Positions 34,960-44,823 are shown, counted from the stretch's first letter. The stretch is 64,000 nucleotides of DNA from Ilumatobacteraceae bacterium (GCA_040005915.1 JBDTYA010000060.1:1510-65509); one strand, 5' to 3'. The notes: generated by a model not told the origin, from the letters alone. Numbers and translations: made by a program.

Positions 34960-36581
34960 CCGAGGTTCGAGGTTCGCGGGTACATGTCGGTGGGGTCGGT
35001 GAGGATGTTCACCAGGTACGGCACACCGGAGGCGAAGGCTCGGTCCAACGCCGGGCCGATCTGCTCGGGATCGGTGACCATTTCGCCGGCGCCGCCCAGC
35101 GCCCTGACGACGTCGTCGTAGCGGCATCCTGGTTGTAGATCGCAGGCGACGTCCCATCCATAGATCATCTGCATCGGGTGCTTCTCGAGGCCCCACATGC
35201 CGTTGTTGCCGACGATCATCACGACCGGGAGGTCGTGGCGGACCATCGAGTCGACGTCCATCAGGCTGAAGCCGGCGGCACCGTCGCCGAGCATCAACAC
35301 GATCTGGCTCGAAGGTCGGGCGACCCGGGCTGCGATCGCGTAGCCGGCCCCGTTGCCCAGGCAACCGTACGGCCCGGTGTCGAGCCAGCAGCCGGGCTCG
35401 AACACCTCGACGAACTTGCCGGCGTACGAGGCGAAGTCGCCACCGTCGCAGATGACCACGGCGTCGCGTGCGAGGCGCTTGCCCAGCTCCCCGTAAACGC
35501 GCGACGGTCGGATGGGCGAGTCCGCGGCGTCGAGCAGTTGCCGATCCGCGGCCCGGCCGATCGACTCAGCGGCGCGCAGTTCGAGGATCCACGCTTCATG
35601 ATCGGTTCGTGGCCCCTCGTAACCGACGAGTGCCCGCAGGGTCGCGCCGATGTCTCCGGCGACCGTGGCGACGTCGACGTGCTGTGCCCGCTGCGAGTCG
35701 GCGTCGACGACGTGGGCGATCCGTGCCTCGCCGAAGCGCCCGAAGCCGAGCCGGAAATCGAGCGGCGTCCCGACCACCACGACGAGATCGGCTCGCTGCT
35801 TCAACACACCTCGCGTCCGCAGGAAGGCCAGCTCATGATCCGCAGGGAGCACACCGCGACCGAGACCGTTGAGGAAGCACGGCACGCGCAGTTCCTGCAC
35901 GACTGCGCGCAGCTCGGGCCACGCACCGGCCCAGTAGACGTCGCTGCCGACGATGAATGCCGGCCGCTCGGCGGTGGCGATCGCTGTCGCCAGCGCGGCG
36001 ATCGCGTCGGTGTCGGGATCGGCGCCACGACCGACGCTGTCGTCGTCGAGATCGAAGGCACCGGCCGATGGACCGAAGACGTCGAGCGGGAAGTCGAGGA
36101 ACGTCGGGCCGCGGTGCGGCGTGAGCGCCAGTCGCGCCGCGGCACGGACCATCGCCGCGGCCTGCGCGGCCTCGCGCACCGTCGCCGCCGACTTGGTGAT
36201 GGATGCGACCACCGGAACGTGGTCCATCTCCTGCAGCGAACCGGAGCCCCATCGCATCTCCGGCGCTCTGCCGCCCAGCACCACCAGCGGTGTGCCGTTG
36301 AAGTGCGCCGAGGTGATCGCCGACACGGCATTGGTGATGCCCGGCCCGGCGGTGAGCGCGGCGAGGCCCGGCCGGCGCGTCAGCTTCGCCCAACCCTCGG
36401 CAGCGAACGTCGCCGTCTGCTCGTGGCGCGTGTCGACGACGCGCATCCCTTGGTCGCGCGCTGCCTCGTAGAGCGGCCAGATGTGACCACCGTTCAACGT
36501 GAACATCACATCGGTGCCGAACGCGAGCATCGCCGCGATGGCCTGTTGGCCGGCGTGGCCCTCGATCTCCTGGGTCAACAT
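34956..36581 (-). CDS. thiamine-diphosphate-dependent enzyme (acetolactate synthase / oxalyl-CoA decarboxylase-like)
   Basis: Inner part of track ORF 34956..36929, starting at MLTQEIEGHAG (36581). The blocks HEQTATFAAEGWAKLT and the TPP-binding GDGAAGFSLMD...NNG are present. Confidence 0.8.
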   Translation of the reverse strand: MLTQEIEGHAGQQAIAAMLAFGTDVMFTLNGGHIWPLYEAARDQGMRVVDTRHEQTATFAAEGWAKLTRRPGLAALTAGPGITNAVSAITSAHFNGTPLVVLGGRAPEMRWGSGSLQEMDHVPVVASITKSAATVREAAQAAAMVRAAARLALTPHRGPTFLDFPLDVFGPSAGAFDLDDDSVGRGADPDTDAIAALATAIATAERPAFIVGSDVYWAGAWPELRAVVQELRVPCFLNGLGRGVLPADHELAFLRTRGVLKQRADLVVVVGTPLDFRLGFGRFGEARIAHVVDADSQRAQHVDVATVAGDIGATLRALVGYEGPRTDHEAWILELRAAESIGRAADRQLLDAADSPIRPSRVYGELGKRLARDAVVICDGGDFASYAGKFVEVFEPGCWLDTGPYGCLGNGAGYAIAARVARPSSQIVLMLGDGAAGFSLMDVDSMVRHDLPVVMIVGNNGMWGLEKHPMQMIYGWDVACDLQPGCRYDDVVRALGGAGEMVTDPEQIGPALDRAFASGVPYLVNILTDPTDMYPRTSNLG

Positions 36582-36613
36582 CGACTCAGTGTTCCAGACC
36601 CGGCCGCGTCGCC

Positions 36614-37132
36614 CTACTGCTCGTCGTTGTACCCCGGTTGCCGACTGGTGCCGCGACGGGGTGGCACGAACCGGATGTCGCCGATCGACATAGGCCGACC
36701 GAGGTGCAGCACGCCGATCTGGGCGAACACGGCGAGCCAGTCGATGAACCGGTGGAACACGACCGTGCCCGTCCGCAGCAACTTTTCGAGGTCGTCGCCG
36801 ACACTCGTGACGGGCGATGTGTTCTCGACCAACGTCAGGCCCGACACCGACACCATGTTCTGCGTCGGCGGGATGTCGGTGTGCCCGAAGCCGGGGATCT
36901 TCCCCGTGTGGCGTCCTTCGAACCTCCAACGTATGGCGAAGAAGTCGCTCGTATCGGTGCTCCAGTAGGACGGACCGATCGACTCGTCGCGCGAGAACGT
37001 GCCGTCGAGGAACGACCCGAGCACGCCTTGAGTGTCCATGAGCACCGCCTTGTGGGCGACGGCGAGATCGAACTGCTTGTCGTCGTGGTCGCGCTTGTCG
37101 TTGTTGCCGTGTCTGTCGTCGTCGGTCTTCAT
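36614..37132 (-). CDS. ester-cyclase-like NTF2-fold protein with an Asp/His-rich N-terminus
   Basis: Inner part of track ORF 36614..37321, starting at MKTDDDRHGNNDKRDHDDK (37132), overlapping the upstream stop (ATGA). FAIRWRFEGRHTGKIPGFG...PPTQNMVSVSGLTL...FIDWLAVFAQIGV fits the SnoaL/ester-cyclase pattern. Confidence 0.55.
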   Translation of the reverse strand: MKTDDDRHGNNDKRDHDDKQFDLAVAHKAVLMDTQGVLGSFLDGTFSRDESIGPSYWSTDTSDFFAIRWRFEGRHTGKIPGFGHTDIPPTQNMVSVSGLTLVENTSPVTSVGDDLEKLLRTGTVVFHRFIDWLAVFAQIGVLHLGRPMSIGDIRFVPPRRGTSRQPGYNDEQ

Positions 37133-38070
37133 GGTGCTACGTACCTCGGCTTGGTTGCATCGATGCCGCCGCTGCGCGCTGCAGGTTGAACGGTGACGAC
37201 ATCGCAGAAGTTCTCGGGGGCGATGATCGGCAGCAGCGGCGGGCCCCATTCCAGGTAGCTCGACGGCACGGAGGTGTCGAAGACGTTCAGCTTCCTGTGA
37301 TCGCGGTGTGTCACCACCCACACGCCCTGATGTGGTTCGCCGAGGGTGTCGGCCGCAGGGGCGCTGACCGGCTCGACCATGAACTCACCGTCGTTGCGCA
37401 ACGTCGGGACGAAATCGTCCTTGTGGTCGTGGTTGTTGTCGATGGGGATCGGATGGTCCGACACCGGGTGGTTGTGGCCGGGGGTCGCGAAGATCACGGT
37501 GACCTGCCCCGCAGCACGACGGTTGACGCTGTGGCACTGCCACGTGACCCAACCCTCGAAGAACGGCTGCTGGCACTTGAAGAAGAAGTACAGCGGCCAA
37601 CTGCGCTGCGGCGCGGCGGTGGGAATCGGTGCGTCGTGATCCATCCCCAACGACGCTTCGATCGCACGGATGAACACGTTGGCCATGATCCTTTCGACGT
37701 TGCCCTGATAGCCGTCCCACATGCCGGTCGGCTTGTTGGGGTTCGGCTTGGTGTCGAGCGTGCCGTCGTGGCGGATCCGATAGCCGAACCACTCCTGGGC
37801 GACAGCCCGGAACGCCCCGAACGACACTGCGGAATCGCTCATCCAACCCGGCCACATCAACGAACTACCGACCTCGGATTCCCCGTTGACGACATCGCAC
37901 GGCCGGGCGACGACACCGCGCATGTATTCGAGCATCGAGTAGCGACGGACGAGACCGGGGAACGTGACGGTCGAGTCGTCGTCGACGATCACCTCGATGC
38001 CCTCGTTCAAGGTGTCCTCGAGCAAGAGGAGAAAGTGGCCTTTCTCGAGGTGGTACGGCATGATGCCCAC
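37129..38070 (-). CDS. hypothetical protein, no recognisable family
   Basis: 313 aa uninterrupted ORF, translationally coupled to the downstream gene. It is Trp/His-rich and has a PGHNHPVSDHPIPIDNNHDHKDD segment. Confidence 0.6.
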   Translation of the reverse strand: MGIMPYHLEKGHFLLLLEDTLNEGIEVIVDDDSTVTFPGLVRRYSMLEYMRGVVARPCDVVNGESEVGSSLMWPGWMSDSAVSFGAFRAVAQEWFGYRIRHDGTLDTKPNPNKPTGMWDGYQGNVERIMANVFIRAIEASLGMDHDAPIPTAAPQRSWPLYFFFKCQQPFFEGWVTWQCHSVNRRAAGQVTVIFATPGHNHPVSDHPIPIDNNHDHKDDFVPTLRNDGEFMVEPVSAPAADTLGEPHQGVWVVTHRDHRKLNVFDTSVPSSYLEWGPPLLPIIAPENFCDVVTVQPAARSGGIDATKPRYVAP

Positions 38071-38133
38071 GGTTGGGCTCCTCTCGGATGACGGTCGACT
38101 TCTCAGAGTCGTGAAGGGCTGATCGTGATACTG

Positions 38134-41100
38134 CTACGTGGCGTCCTGAGACGCCAGCGCGAACACCTCGATCGGCGCCGGCAGGCCTTTCAACGAGTGC
38201 AACCCCAGCGATCTGCCGATCGTGATGTCGAGGCCGTGATCGATCACCGATCGGGAGATGTGTGTTTCGCCGGCCGCGGCGGTCGACATGACGCGTGCCG
38301 CTTCCGCCACAGCCAGCCCCGATGCATCACCCCCGAGGTCGAAGACGGATCCGCTCGCCAATCCGACGCGTACGCCGACAGCCCCGCCGGCCACGACGAG
38401 CGAGGCGTGTTCGATGGCGCGGTGAAGGGCGTTCGCGGCGTCGACCGCGTCGTGCGGGTGTTCGAACCACGACGAGAAGCCATCGCCGGTCGACGTCATG
38501 ATCGAGCCGCGATGCATCCCGACGATCGATCGCACGATGCGGTGGTGCTCGCCGAGGATGACCGCCCACGCGGCGTTTCCGGCGCTGGCCATCAAGCGCG
38601 TCGAGTCGACGATGTCGGTGAACATCACCGTGCGGACCCGACCCGACGGCATGCCGATGCGACCTGCGACCGATGTCAGCCGTTCGCGGTGGAGCCGGGC
38701 CAGCAACGGCGCACCGAGGCCGTCGAGCATCTCGAGGGCAGCCCGCGATTGATCGAGTTCCGCCTGGCCGCCGGCGCCGCTCATGAACGCATGCCTGGCG
38801 CGCTGCACCCGCAGCAGCGACTGCTCGAGCACCGACCCGGCGACGGCCGCCGATTGCTCGGCCGACTGGATCCACCTGTCTGCGGAGTCGTCGCCGAGCT
38901 CGATCGCGCCGGTGGCCATCAGCAGAGCGATCCCGAGAGGCCAGTCGAAGCTGGCCCTCACGCCTCGCTCGTGAGCATCCTCGAACGCGGTGAACAGTGC
39001 GTCGACGACTTCGAGGTCGCCGGCAAGGATGGCCGCGTCGAACTGGGCACTGTGAAAGCCGATGTTGCGGGCCTCGATGCCGCGCCTCGGCGGCCTCCAC
39101 CGTGGCCGCAACTCCTCGAGCGCGGCGTCGACACCGCGCAGCACGGTGGCGGCCACGAACTCGGCAAAGGGCACGACCATCCGATGCTGCTCGGCGAGGG
39201 CCACGATGGCCGCGACACCTGGCTCGTCGCCCCTGACCGCACGCCGCCACATCGCAGCGGGAAGGCATAGCGCGAACGGATCGCCGGAATCGGCGCGTCG
39301 TGCGCTGAGGATGGTCGACTCGGTGTCGTTGTCGGCATCGGCGAACCGTCCGAGTCGGGTGTTGGCGACGGCACGTACGGCGAGCGCGATGCCGTGCTCG
39401 GCCCAGTTCGAGACCTTGGCGGAGCGATCGATGGCGACGGTCGCACTGCTCACCGTGTCCATCGGCCGGCCGGCGGACAACTCGATCACAGCGCGTCGGG
39501 CGAGGATGCCGCCGTGCCACCACGGATCGGGCTGACGCAACGAAGCGGCTTCCGCCGCACTGAATGCATCGGTTGCGCCGACGAGGTCGAGCATGGCCAT
39601 TCGATGCAGGCCGCCTCCGATGTTGACCATCATCTCGGTCAACGGATCGTCGAGGCCGTCCGACAGCGACAACGCGGTGTCGATCAACATCTGGCGTCGA
39701 TCATGCAGCGGCGCGGCGTACGACACCTCGGCGAGGATGGCAGCCGCCCGGGCCCGCCACATGCGGTCGATGGCGACGTCCTCGATCAGCGCGGCGACCA
39801 GCCCGTCCAGCTCCGTGTGTCGTCGAGGACCACCTCGCGTGAAGTCGGTCCGCAACGCCAGCAACAGGCATTCGGCGCGTGCGCCGAGGCACGCCGCGAC
39901 AGTGGCGTCGTCGGCAAGTCCGGCCGCGTAGGACGCGTATGCATCGGCAGCTTCGAGCAGGCTCGCGGTCGCTTCGTCGCGATCGAGCTCGTTGAAGCGA
40001 GCCTTGCCGAGGCGCTCCAGCCAATACGCACGATCGGGGAGATCGATCGCCGTGCCGACCAGGTGTTCGGCGAGATCGCCCGCAGCCGACCACGAGCTCC
40101 GTGCGATGGCCTCGTCGAAGGCTGTCAGGACCAGCGTCCGGTGATGGTCGGTGCCCGACCGCTTGGCCGCAGCCGATAGGCGCACGAGTGTCGCCGCGCT
40201 GGCTGCGCCATCCGTAGTCTCCAGGCTGTCGAGCAACGACGCCGCAACCTCCACGATGACATCGTCGGTGGCCAGGTCCAAGGCCGTGGTTCGTAGCAGG
40301 GGATGGGTGAAGCCGGCACTCCCTGCGGCACGCCGCACGGCTCCGATCGCAACGAGCTCGTCGACGGACTGCTGCTCGCCGGCCAGAGGATCGCAGCTGC
40401 CCGGGCCGTGATGCAGAGTCATCGGATCGAGCAGGGCGATGATGACCGCGGTACGCAGCGCATCCTCCGAGAGCGTGGCCAGACGCGCCCGCCAGGCGAC
40501 CTCCACGGGGATGGTGCCGGTGGTCGAGGCCGGCGACGGGAGGACCTCGCCGAGCGCGATCGCATCCGCGAGCGCGCCGAGCGTCAATGGATTGCCGCCG
40601 CTGAGCTCGACGAGCCGAGCGATGGTCCGCTGATCGGTGAGCGCCGGCGAGATTCGCCGAGCGAGCTCGCGCGCCTCACGGTCGTCGAGCGGCGTGAGGG
40701 TGAGACGACGGGTGATCGGCTCGTCGATCAGGCGACCGACGACCGGCGACGAGGTGGCCTCGTCGCGCACGACCAACAGCAGGAACATCCGCGCCGTCTG
40801 ACCGGTGAGCGATGCCGTGCCCAGCCGAAACGCAAGGTGCTCGACGTGATGCCGGCCGGTCTCATCGAGCCACTGCGCGTCATCGACGACCAACAAGTGC
40901 GGCGGTCCGCCGTTGAGCTGTTCGTCGATGCTGCCGGCGCCGAGTTGGACCTCCGGCGTGATGTCGCCGTTCTCCGGAACGGAGACGACCCGGTGCGAGG
41001 TGCCGCGCCCTTCCGCTTCGGCGACGAGCCAGTCGACGAGGGTGGATTTCCCCACACCCGGGGGCCCATCGAGCACGACGACAACCGGCTGACCGTTGAT

Positions 41101-41166
41101 GGCGGCGGCCAACCATCGCAACAGTTGGGCGCGTTGCAGGATTCGCCCGACGATGTCGACTACCAC
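38134..41166 (-). CDS. large P-loop NTPase (AAA/STAND-like) with a helical repeat region and a C-terminal class III nucleotidyl cyclase domain
   Basis: Track ORF 38134..41247. The likely start is the GTG at 41166, preceded by GGAGG 5 nt upstream. Walker A is LDGPPGVGKST and Walker B is LLVVDDAQWLDE. The C-terminal FTDIVDSTRLM...TGDGFSSWF...VRVGLASG...LKGLPAPIEVFAL is cyclase-homology-domain-like. Confidence 0.75.
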   Translation of the reverse strand: MVVDIVGRILQRAQLLRWLAAAINGQPVVVVLDGPPGVGKSTLVDWLVAEAEGRGTSHRVVSVPENGDITPEVQLGAGSIDEQLNGGPPHLLVVDDAQWLDETGRHHVEHLAFRLGTASLTGQTARMFLLLVVRDEATSSPVVGRLIDEPITRRLTLTPLDDREARELARRISPALTDQRTIARLVELSGGNPLTLGALADAIALGEVLPSPASTTGTIPVEVAWRARLATLSEDALRTAVIIALLDPMTLHHGPGSCDPLAGEQQSVDELVAIGAVRRAAGSAGFTHPLLRTTALDLATDDVIVEVAASLLDSLETTDGAASAATLVRLSAAAKRSGTDHHRTLVLTAFDEAIARSSWSAAGDLAEHLVGTAIDLPDRAYWLERLGKARFNELDRDEATASLLEAADAYASYAAGLADDATVAACLGARAECLLLALRTDFTRGGPRRHTELDGLVAALIEDVAIDRMWRARAAAILAEVSYAAPLHDRRQMLIDTALSLSDGLDDPLTEMMVNIGGGLHRMAMLDLVGATDAFSAAEAASLRQPDPWWHGGILARRAVIELSAGRPMDTVSSATVAIDRSAKVSNWAEHGIALAVRAVANTRLGRFADADNDTESTILSARRADSGDPFALCLPAAMWRRAVRGDEPGVAAIVALAEQHRMVVPFAEFVAATVLRGVDAALEELRPRWRPPRRGIEARNIGFHSAQFDAAILAGDLEVVDALFTAFEDAHERGVRASFDWPLGIALLMATGAIELGDDSADRWIQSAEQSAAVAGSVLEQSLLRVQRARHAFMSGAGGQAELDQSRAALEMLDGLGAPLLARLHRERLTSVAGRIGMPSGRVRTVMFTDIVDSTRLMASAGNAAWAVILGEHHRIVRSIVGMHRGSIMTSTGDGFSSWFEHPHDAVDAANALHRAIEHASLVVAGGAVGVRVGLASGSVFDLGGDASGLAVAEAARVMSTAAAGETHISRSVIDHGLDITIGRSLGLHSLKGLPAPIEVFALASQDAT

Positions 41167-41273
41167 CTTGACCTCCGTCTCGAGACTACGCCACCCACTG
41201 CGCGGCAGACCCTTCGGATTGTGCGAGCTGAATACCGGCGGTCGCATGACGAGCAGTAACGTTCGTCTCCGTC

Positions 41274-43220
41274 ATGTCGCTGCACGAGATCCGTAAACCT
41301 GAAGACCTGCGGGGCCTCAGTTACGCCGAGCTCGAAGACCTGGCAGGGGAAATACGTGACTTCGTGGTGCAGGCGGTCGCCGAGACCGGAGGACACCTGG
41401 GTTCCAACCTCGGGGCCGTCGAATTGACCCTCGCGCTTCACCGAGTGTTCGACTCGCCGACCGACGCGATCCTGTGGGACACGGGACACCAGGGCTACAT
41501 CCACAAGATCGTCACCGGTCGCCAGAACCGGTTCGACCAACTTCGTCAGGCTGGTGGCCTCTCCGGGTACCTCAGCCGCGAGGAGAGCGTGCACGACTTC
41601 GTCGAGAACAGCCACGCCTCCACCATCCTTTCGTACGCCTACGGCATGTCGGTGGCGCGCGAGGCGGGCACCGACAAGCACCGGCACATCGTCGCCGTCA
41701 TCGGCGATGGTTCGATGACGGGCGGAATGGCGTACGAGGCACTGAACAACATCGGCCATTCCGGCCAGAGAGTCATCATCGTCCTCAACGACAACGGCCG
41801 CAGCTACGCGCCGACGATCTCCAATCTCACGGCCGGCCCGACCCCGCTCGATCGGGCGATGGCCGACCACCCCAGCCTGCCGGCGCGCATCACCGACCGG
41901 CTGTCGCACAGCCTGACCAACATCCGCCTCAACCCGGTGTACGTCAAGCGACAACGCAAGCTCGAACAGTTCCTCCGCGAGTTGCCCTACGTCGGTCCGC
42001 AGGCCGAGAAGGGTGTCGACGCGTTCAAGGCCGCGGTGCGCGAGTTCCTGCAGCCGCCGTCTTTCTTCGAAGCGCTCGGTGTTCGCTATGTCGGCCCCAT
42101 CGACGGTCACGATGTCGAGGAGCTCGAGCGCACATTCCTCAATGCGATCGAGCTGTCCGCCGAGGGGCCGATCCTCGTCCACGTCGTCACGCAGAAGGGC
42201 CGCGGCTATTCGCCGGCGGAGGATGACGACGAGAAGCACCTCCACGATGCGCCGGTCTTCGATCCGGCCATCGGGCCACCGCCGGCGATCCCGTCGGGAT
42301 ACACCCAGGCGTTTGCCGAAGGCATCATCAAGGAGGCCGAGGCCGATTCGCGTGTCGTCGCGATCACCGCGGCAATGGCCGGGCCGACAGGGTTGATCCC
42401 GTTCCAGAACCGGTTCCCGGACCGCTTCTTCGACGTCGGGATCGCCGAGCAGCACGCGGTCACCGGCGCCGCCGGCATGGCGATGGGTGGCCTGCGACCG
42501 GTCGTCGCGATCTACAGCACGTTCCTCAACCGGGCGTGGGATCAAATCGTGTACGACGTCGCGCTCCATCGTCTCCCGGTCGTGTTCTGCCTCGACCGTG
42601 CCGGCGTCACCGGCGACAACGGCCCGAGCCACCACGGTGTCTACGACCTCGCGCTGCTCGCCAAGGTTCCCGGCATGCGCGTCCTGGCACCGTCGAGCGC
42701 CCAGGAGCTGCAGGTGATGCTGCATGACGCGCTGGAGTTGGCGGAGGCCGGGCCGGTGGCCATCCGATATCCCAACGGCACCGCGCCGCAGGTCGGCGAG
42801 CATGAAGTGGGCGTCGGTCTGCACGCACACCGGTTGCGCGCCGGCGACGGAGCCGTGTGCATCGCCGCGATCGGCAAGCTGGTCACCGCAGCCAACCAGG
42901 CTGCGGCGATGCTTGCCGGGGAGGGCATCGACGCGACGGTGTGGGATGTCAGGTCGTGTGCGCCGCTCGATCCGGCGATGATCACCGACGCTGCCGAGCA
43001 CCGCCTCGTCGTGACATGTGAGGACGGCATCCGCGACGGCGGCATCGGCATGACGATCGCCGATCAGGTGCACGACATCGCCAACGTACCGGTGAAGGTG
43101 CTCGGCCTGCCGAGCCGGTTCATCCCGCAGGGCAAACCCGACCGGATACTGGCGCAGCTCGGCCTCGACGCCGAGGGAATCGCAGCCTCTATCCGCCAGC
43201 ACATCGCCGACACTGCCTAG
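41274..43220 (+). CDS. dxs: 1-deoxy-D-xylulose-5-phosphate synthase
   Basis: 648 aa with the blocks GGHLGSNLGAVELTLALH, DTGHQGY and GDGSMTGGMAYEALNN. Confidence 0.95.
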   Translation: MSLHEIRKPEDLRGLSYAELEDLAGEIRDFVVQAVAETGGHLGSNLGAVELTLALHRVFDSPTDAILWDTGHQGYIHKIVTGRQNRFDQLRQAGGLSGYLSREESVHDFVENSHASTILSYAYGMSVAREAGTDKHRHIVAVIGDGSMTGGMAYEALNNIGHSGQRVIIVLNDNGRSYAPTISNLTAGPTPLDRAMADHPSLPARITDRLSHSLTNIRLNPVYVKRQRKLEQFLRELPYVGPQAEKGVDAFKAAVREFLQPPSFFEALGVRYVGPIDGHDVEELERTFLNAIELSAEGPILVHVVTQKGRGYSPAEDDDEKHLHDAPVFDPAIGPPPAIPSGYTQAFAEGIIKEAEADSRVVAITAAMAGPTGLIPFQNRFPDRFFDVGIAEQHAVTGAAGMAMGGLRPVVAIYSTFLNRAWDQIVYDVALHRLPVVFCLDRAGVTGDNGPSHHGVYDLALLAKVPGMRVLAPSSAQELQVMLHDALELAEAGPVAIRYPNGTAPQVGEHEVGVGLHAHRLRAGDGAVCIAAIGKLVTAANQAAAMLAGEGIDATVWDVRSCAPLDPAMITDAAEHRLVVTCEDGIRDGGIGMTIADQVHDIANVPVKVLGLPSRFIPQGKPDRILAQLGLDAEGIAASIRQHIADTA

Positions 43221-43222
43221 CC

Positions 43223-44023
43223 GTGGCCAACGAACGCTTCGATCGCTACACGCGCCTTCGGATCGAACACCTCGAACACGGCGTGATGCTGATCACGCTG
43301 TCGAACCCGGGCAAGCTCAACGCAACCGATGGCGCGATGCACGCCGAGCTGTCGACGATCTTCGCCGACGTCCAGGCCAGTCCCGAGATTCGCGCTGTCG
43401 TCGTCACGGGCGAGGGCAAGGCGTTCAGCGCCGGCGGCGATCTCGACTGGATCGCCGAGCAGGTCGGCAACTACGAGCGCACCATGTCCGTCATGCGCGA
43501 GGGCGGCAACATCGTGCGCACGATGATCGAATGCGACACGCCGATCATCAGCGCGATCAACGGCGTCGCGGTCGGCGCCGGTCTTGCCGTCGCGTTGATG
43601 GCCGACATCTCGATCATCGACCAGGACACCAGATTCACCGATGGCCACATCCGCCTCGGTGTCGCCGCCGGCGATCACGCCGCGGCGATCTGGCCGCTGT
43701 TGTGCGGCATGGCCAAGGCCAAGTACTACCTGTTGACGAGTGACTTCCTCGACGGGCGCGAGGCCGAGCGGATCGGGCTGGTGTCGAAGGCACTGCCCGC
43801 CGACGAGGTCTTGCCCGAGGCGTTGGCGATCGCCGAGAAGTTGGCGTTGGGTCCTCGCCAGGCCACGCTGCTGACCAAGCGTGCCCTCAATCACTGGTTG
43901 CGTCAGGCACTGCCCGGCTTCGAGGCGTCGTTGGCGTACGAGATGCTCAACTTCCTCGGTCCCGATGCCGCGGAGGGCCTCACGGCCCTGCGCGAGAAAC
44001 GCCGCCCCGAGTTTCCCCGATGA
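43223..44023 (+). CDS. enoyl-CoA hydratase/isomerase (crotonase) family
   Basis: 266 aa with the blocks VVVTGEGKAFSAGGDL and INGVAVGAGLAVAL. Confidence 0.85.
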   Translation: MANERFDRYTRLRIEHLEHGVMLITLSNPGKLNATDGAMHAELSTIFADVQASPEIRAVVVTGEGKAFSAGGDLDWIAEQVGNYERTMSVMREGGNIVRTMIECDTPIISAINGVAVGAGLAVALMADISIIDQDTRFTDGHIRLGVAAGDHAAAIWPLLCGMAKAKYYLLTSDFLDGREAERIGLVSKALPADEVLPEALAIAEKLALGPRQATLLTKRALNHWLRQALPGFEASLAYEMLNFLGPDAAEGLTALREKRRPEFPR

Positions 44024-44823
44024 GCGCGGCCACGTCGGACGAACTCGATCGCGACCTCGCCGCCGACCTTGCCTTCGCCCTCGAGCTGGCCGATCTTGCC
44101 GACGCAATCAGCCTGCCGTACTACCAGCAGCGTTCGTTCAGCCTGGATTGGAAGGCCAATCACACCGAGGTTACGCAGGCCGACCGCGAGACGGAGTCGG
44201 CCATTTCGAACGCTGTCCTCGATCGTCGGCCCGGCGACGGACTGTTCGGTGAGGAGCACGGGTCGGCCGGCGACGGCGGATCACCCTGGCGATGGATCAT
44301 CGATCCGATCGACGGCACCTCAAACTTCGTACGCGGCATCCCTGTCTGGGCCACGCTGATCGCCTTGACTCACGTCGACCGCGGTCCGTTGGTCGGAGTC
44401 GTCTCGGCGCCCTCGTTGGGCCGGAGGTGGTGGGCGGCCGGCGGGCTCGGCGCGTTCGCCGACGGCCGGGCCTGCCACGTCTCGACGGTTGCCGAACTGG
44501 GCGAGGCCCAGGTCTGCGTGACCTTCTCGAAAGGTTGGGACGAAGCGGGCCTCACCGGCGAGCTCGTCGCCCTCCAACAGGCCGCGTACCGGGCCCGCGG
44601 CTTCGGTGACTTCTGGCAGCACATGCTGGTCGCCGAAGGAGCGATCGACCTGGCCATCGACGCCATCGGCCTGGCGCCCTACGACCTCGCGGCCGTGATG
44701 GTCATCGTCGAGGAGGCCGGGGGCACCTTCACCGATCGCCACGGCGAACGCACCTACCTCCACGACACCGCCGTCTCGTCCAACGGTCTCCTGCACCACC
44801 ACACCGCACCCCTCGCCGGCTAG
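44020..44823 (+). CDS. hisN: inositol-monophosphatase-family protein, probably histidinol-phosphatase HisN
   Basis: 267 aa with the blocks EVTQADRE, WIIDPIDGTSNF and a WD...A C-terminal block. The start overlaps the upstream stop (ATGA). Confidence 0.6.
   Translation: MSAATSDELDRDLAADLAFALELADLADAISLPYYQQRSFSLDWKANHTEVTQADRETESAISNAVLDRRPGDGLFGEEHGSAGDGGSPWRWIIDPIDGTSNFVRGIPVWATLIALTHVDRGPLVGVVSAPSLGRRWWAAGGLGAFADGRACHVSTVAELGEAQVCVTFSKGWDEAGLTGELVALQQAAYRARGFGDFWQHMLVAEGAIDLAIDAIGLAPYDLAAVMVIVEEAGGTFTDRHGERTYLHDTAVSSNGLLHHHTAPLAG

Noticed and set aside
35178-36968. 596-aa plus ORF opposite the TPP enzyme
   Set aside because: It is an antisense shadow. The minus frame has the TPP-binding GDG...NNG motif.
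38125-40179. Plus-strand ORFs 38125..39270 and 39394..40179, and minus alternate-frame ORF 38327..39523
   Set aside because: All lie inside the NTPase-cyclase gene. Their translations are Arg/Gly/Asp-rich and featureless, while the 38134..41166 frame has Walker and cyclase motifs.
36614-41166. Pycsar-like reading of the locus, as a cyclase plus a cyclic-nucleotide-activated effector
   Set aside because: Neither downstream protein shows a recognisable cNMP-binding (CAP-type) domain, a TIR domain or a TM effector module. The cyclase is also fused to a very large NTPase, unlike PycC.
41160-43202. 680-aa minus ORF opposite dxs
   Set aside because: It is an antisense shadow of an unambiguous dxs gene.
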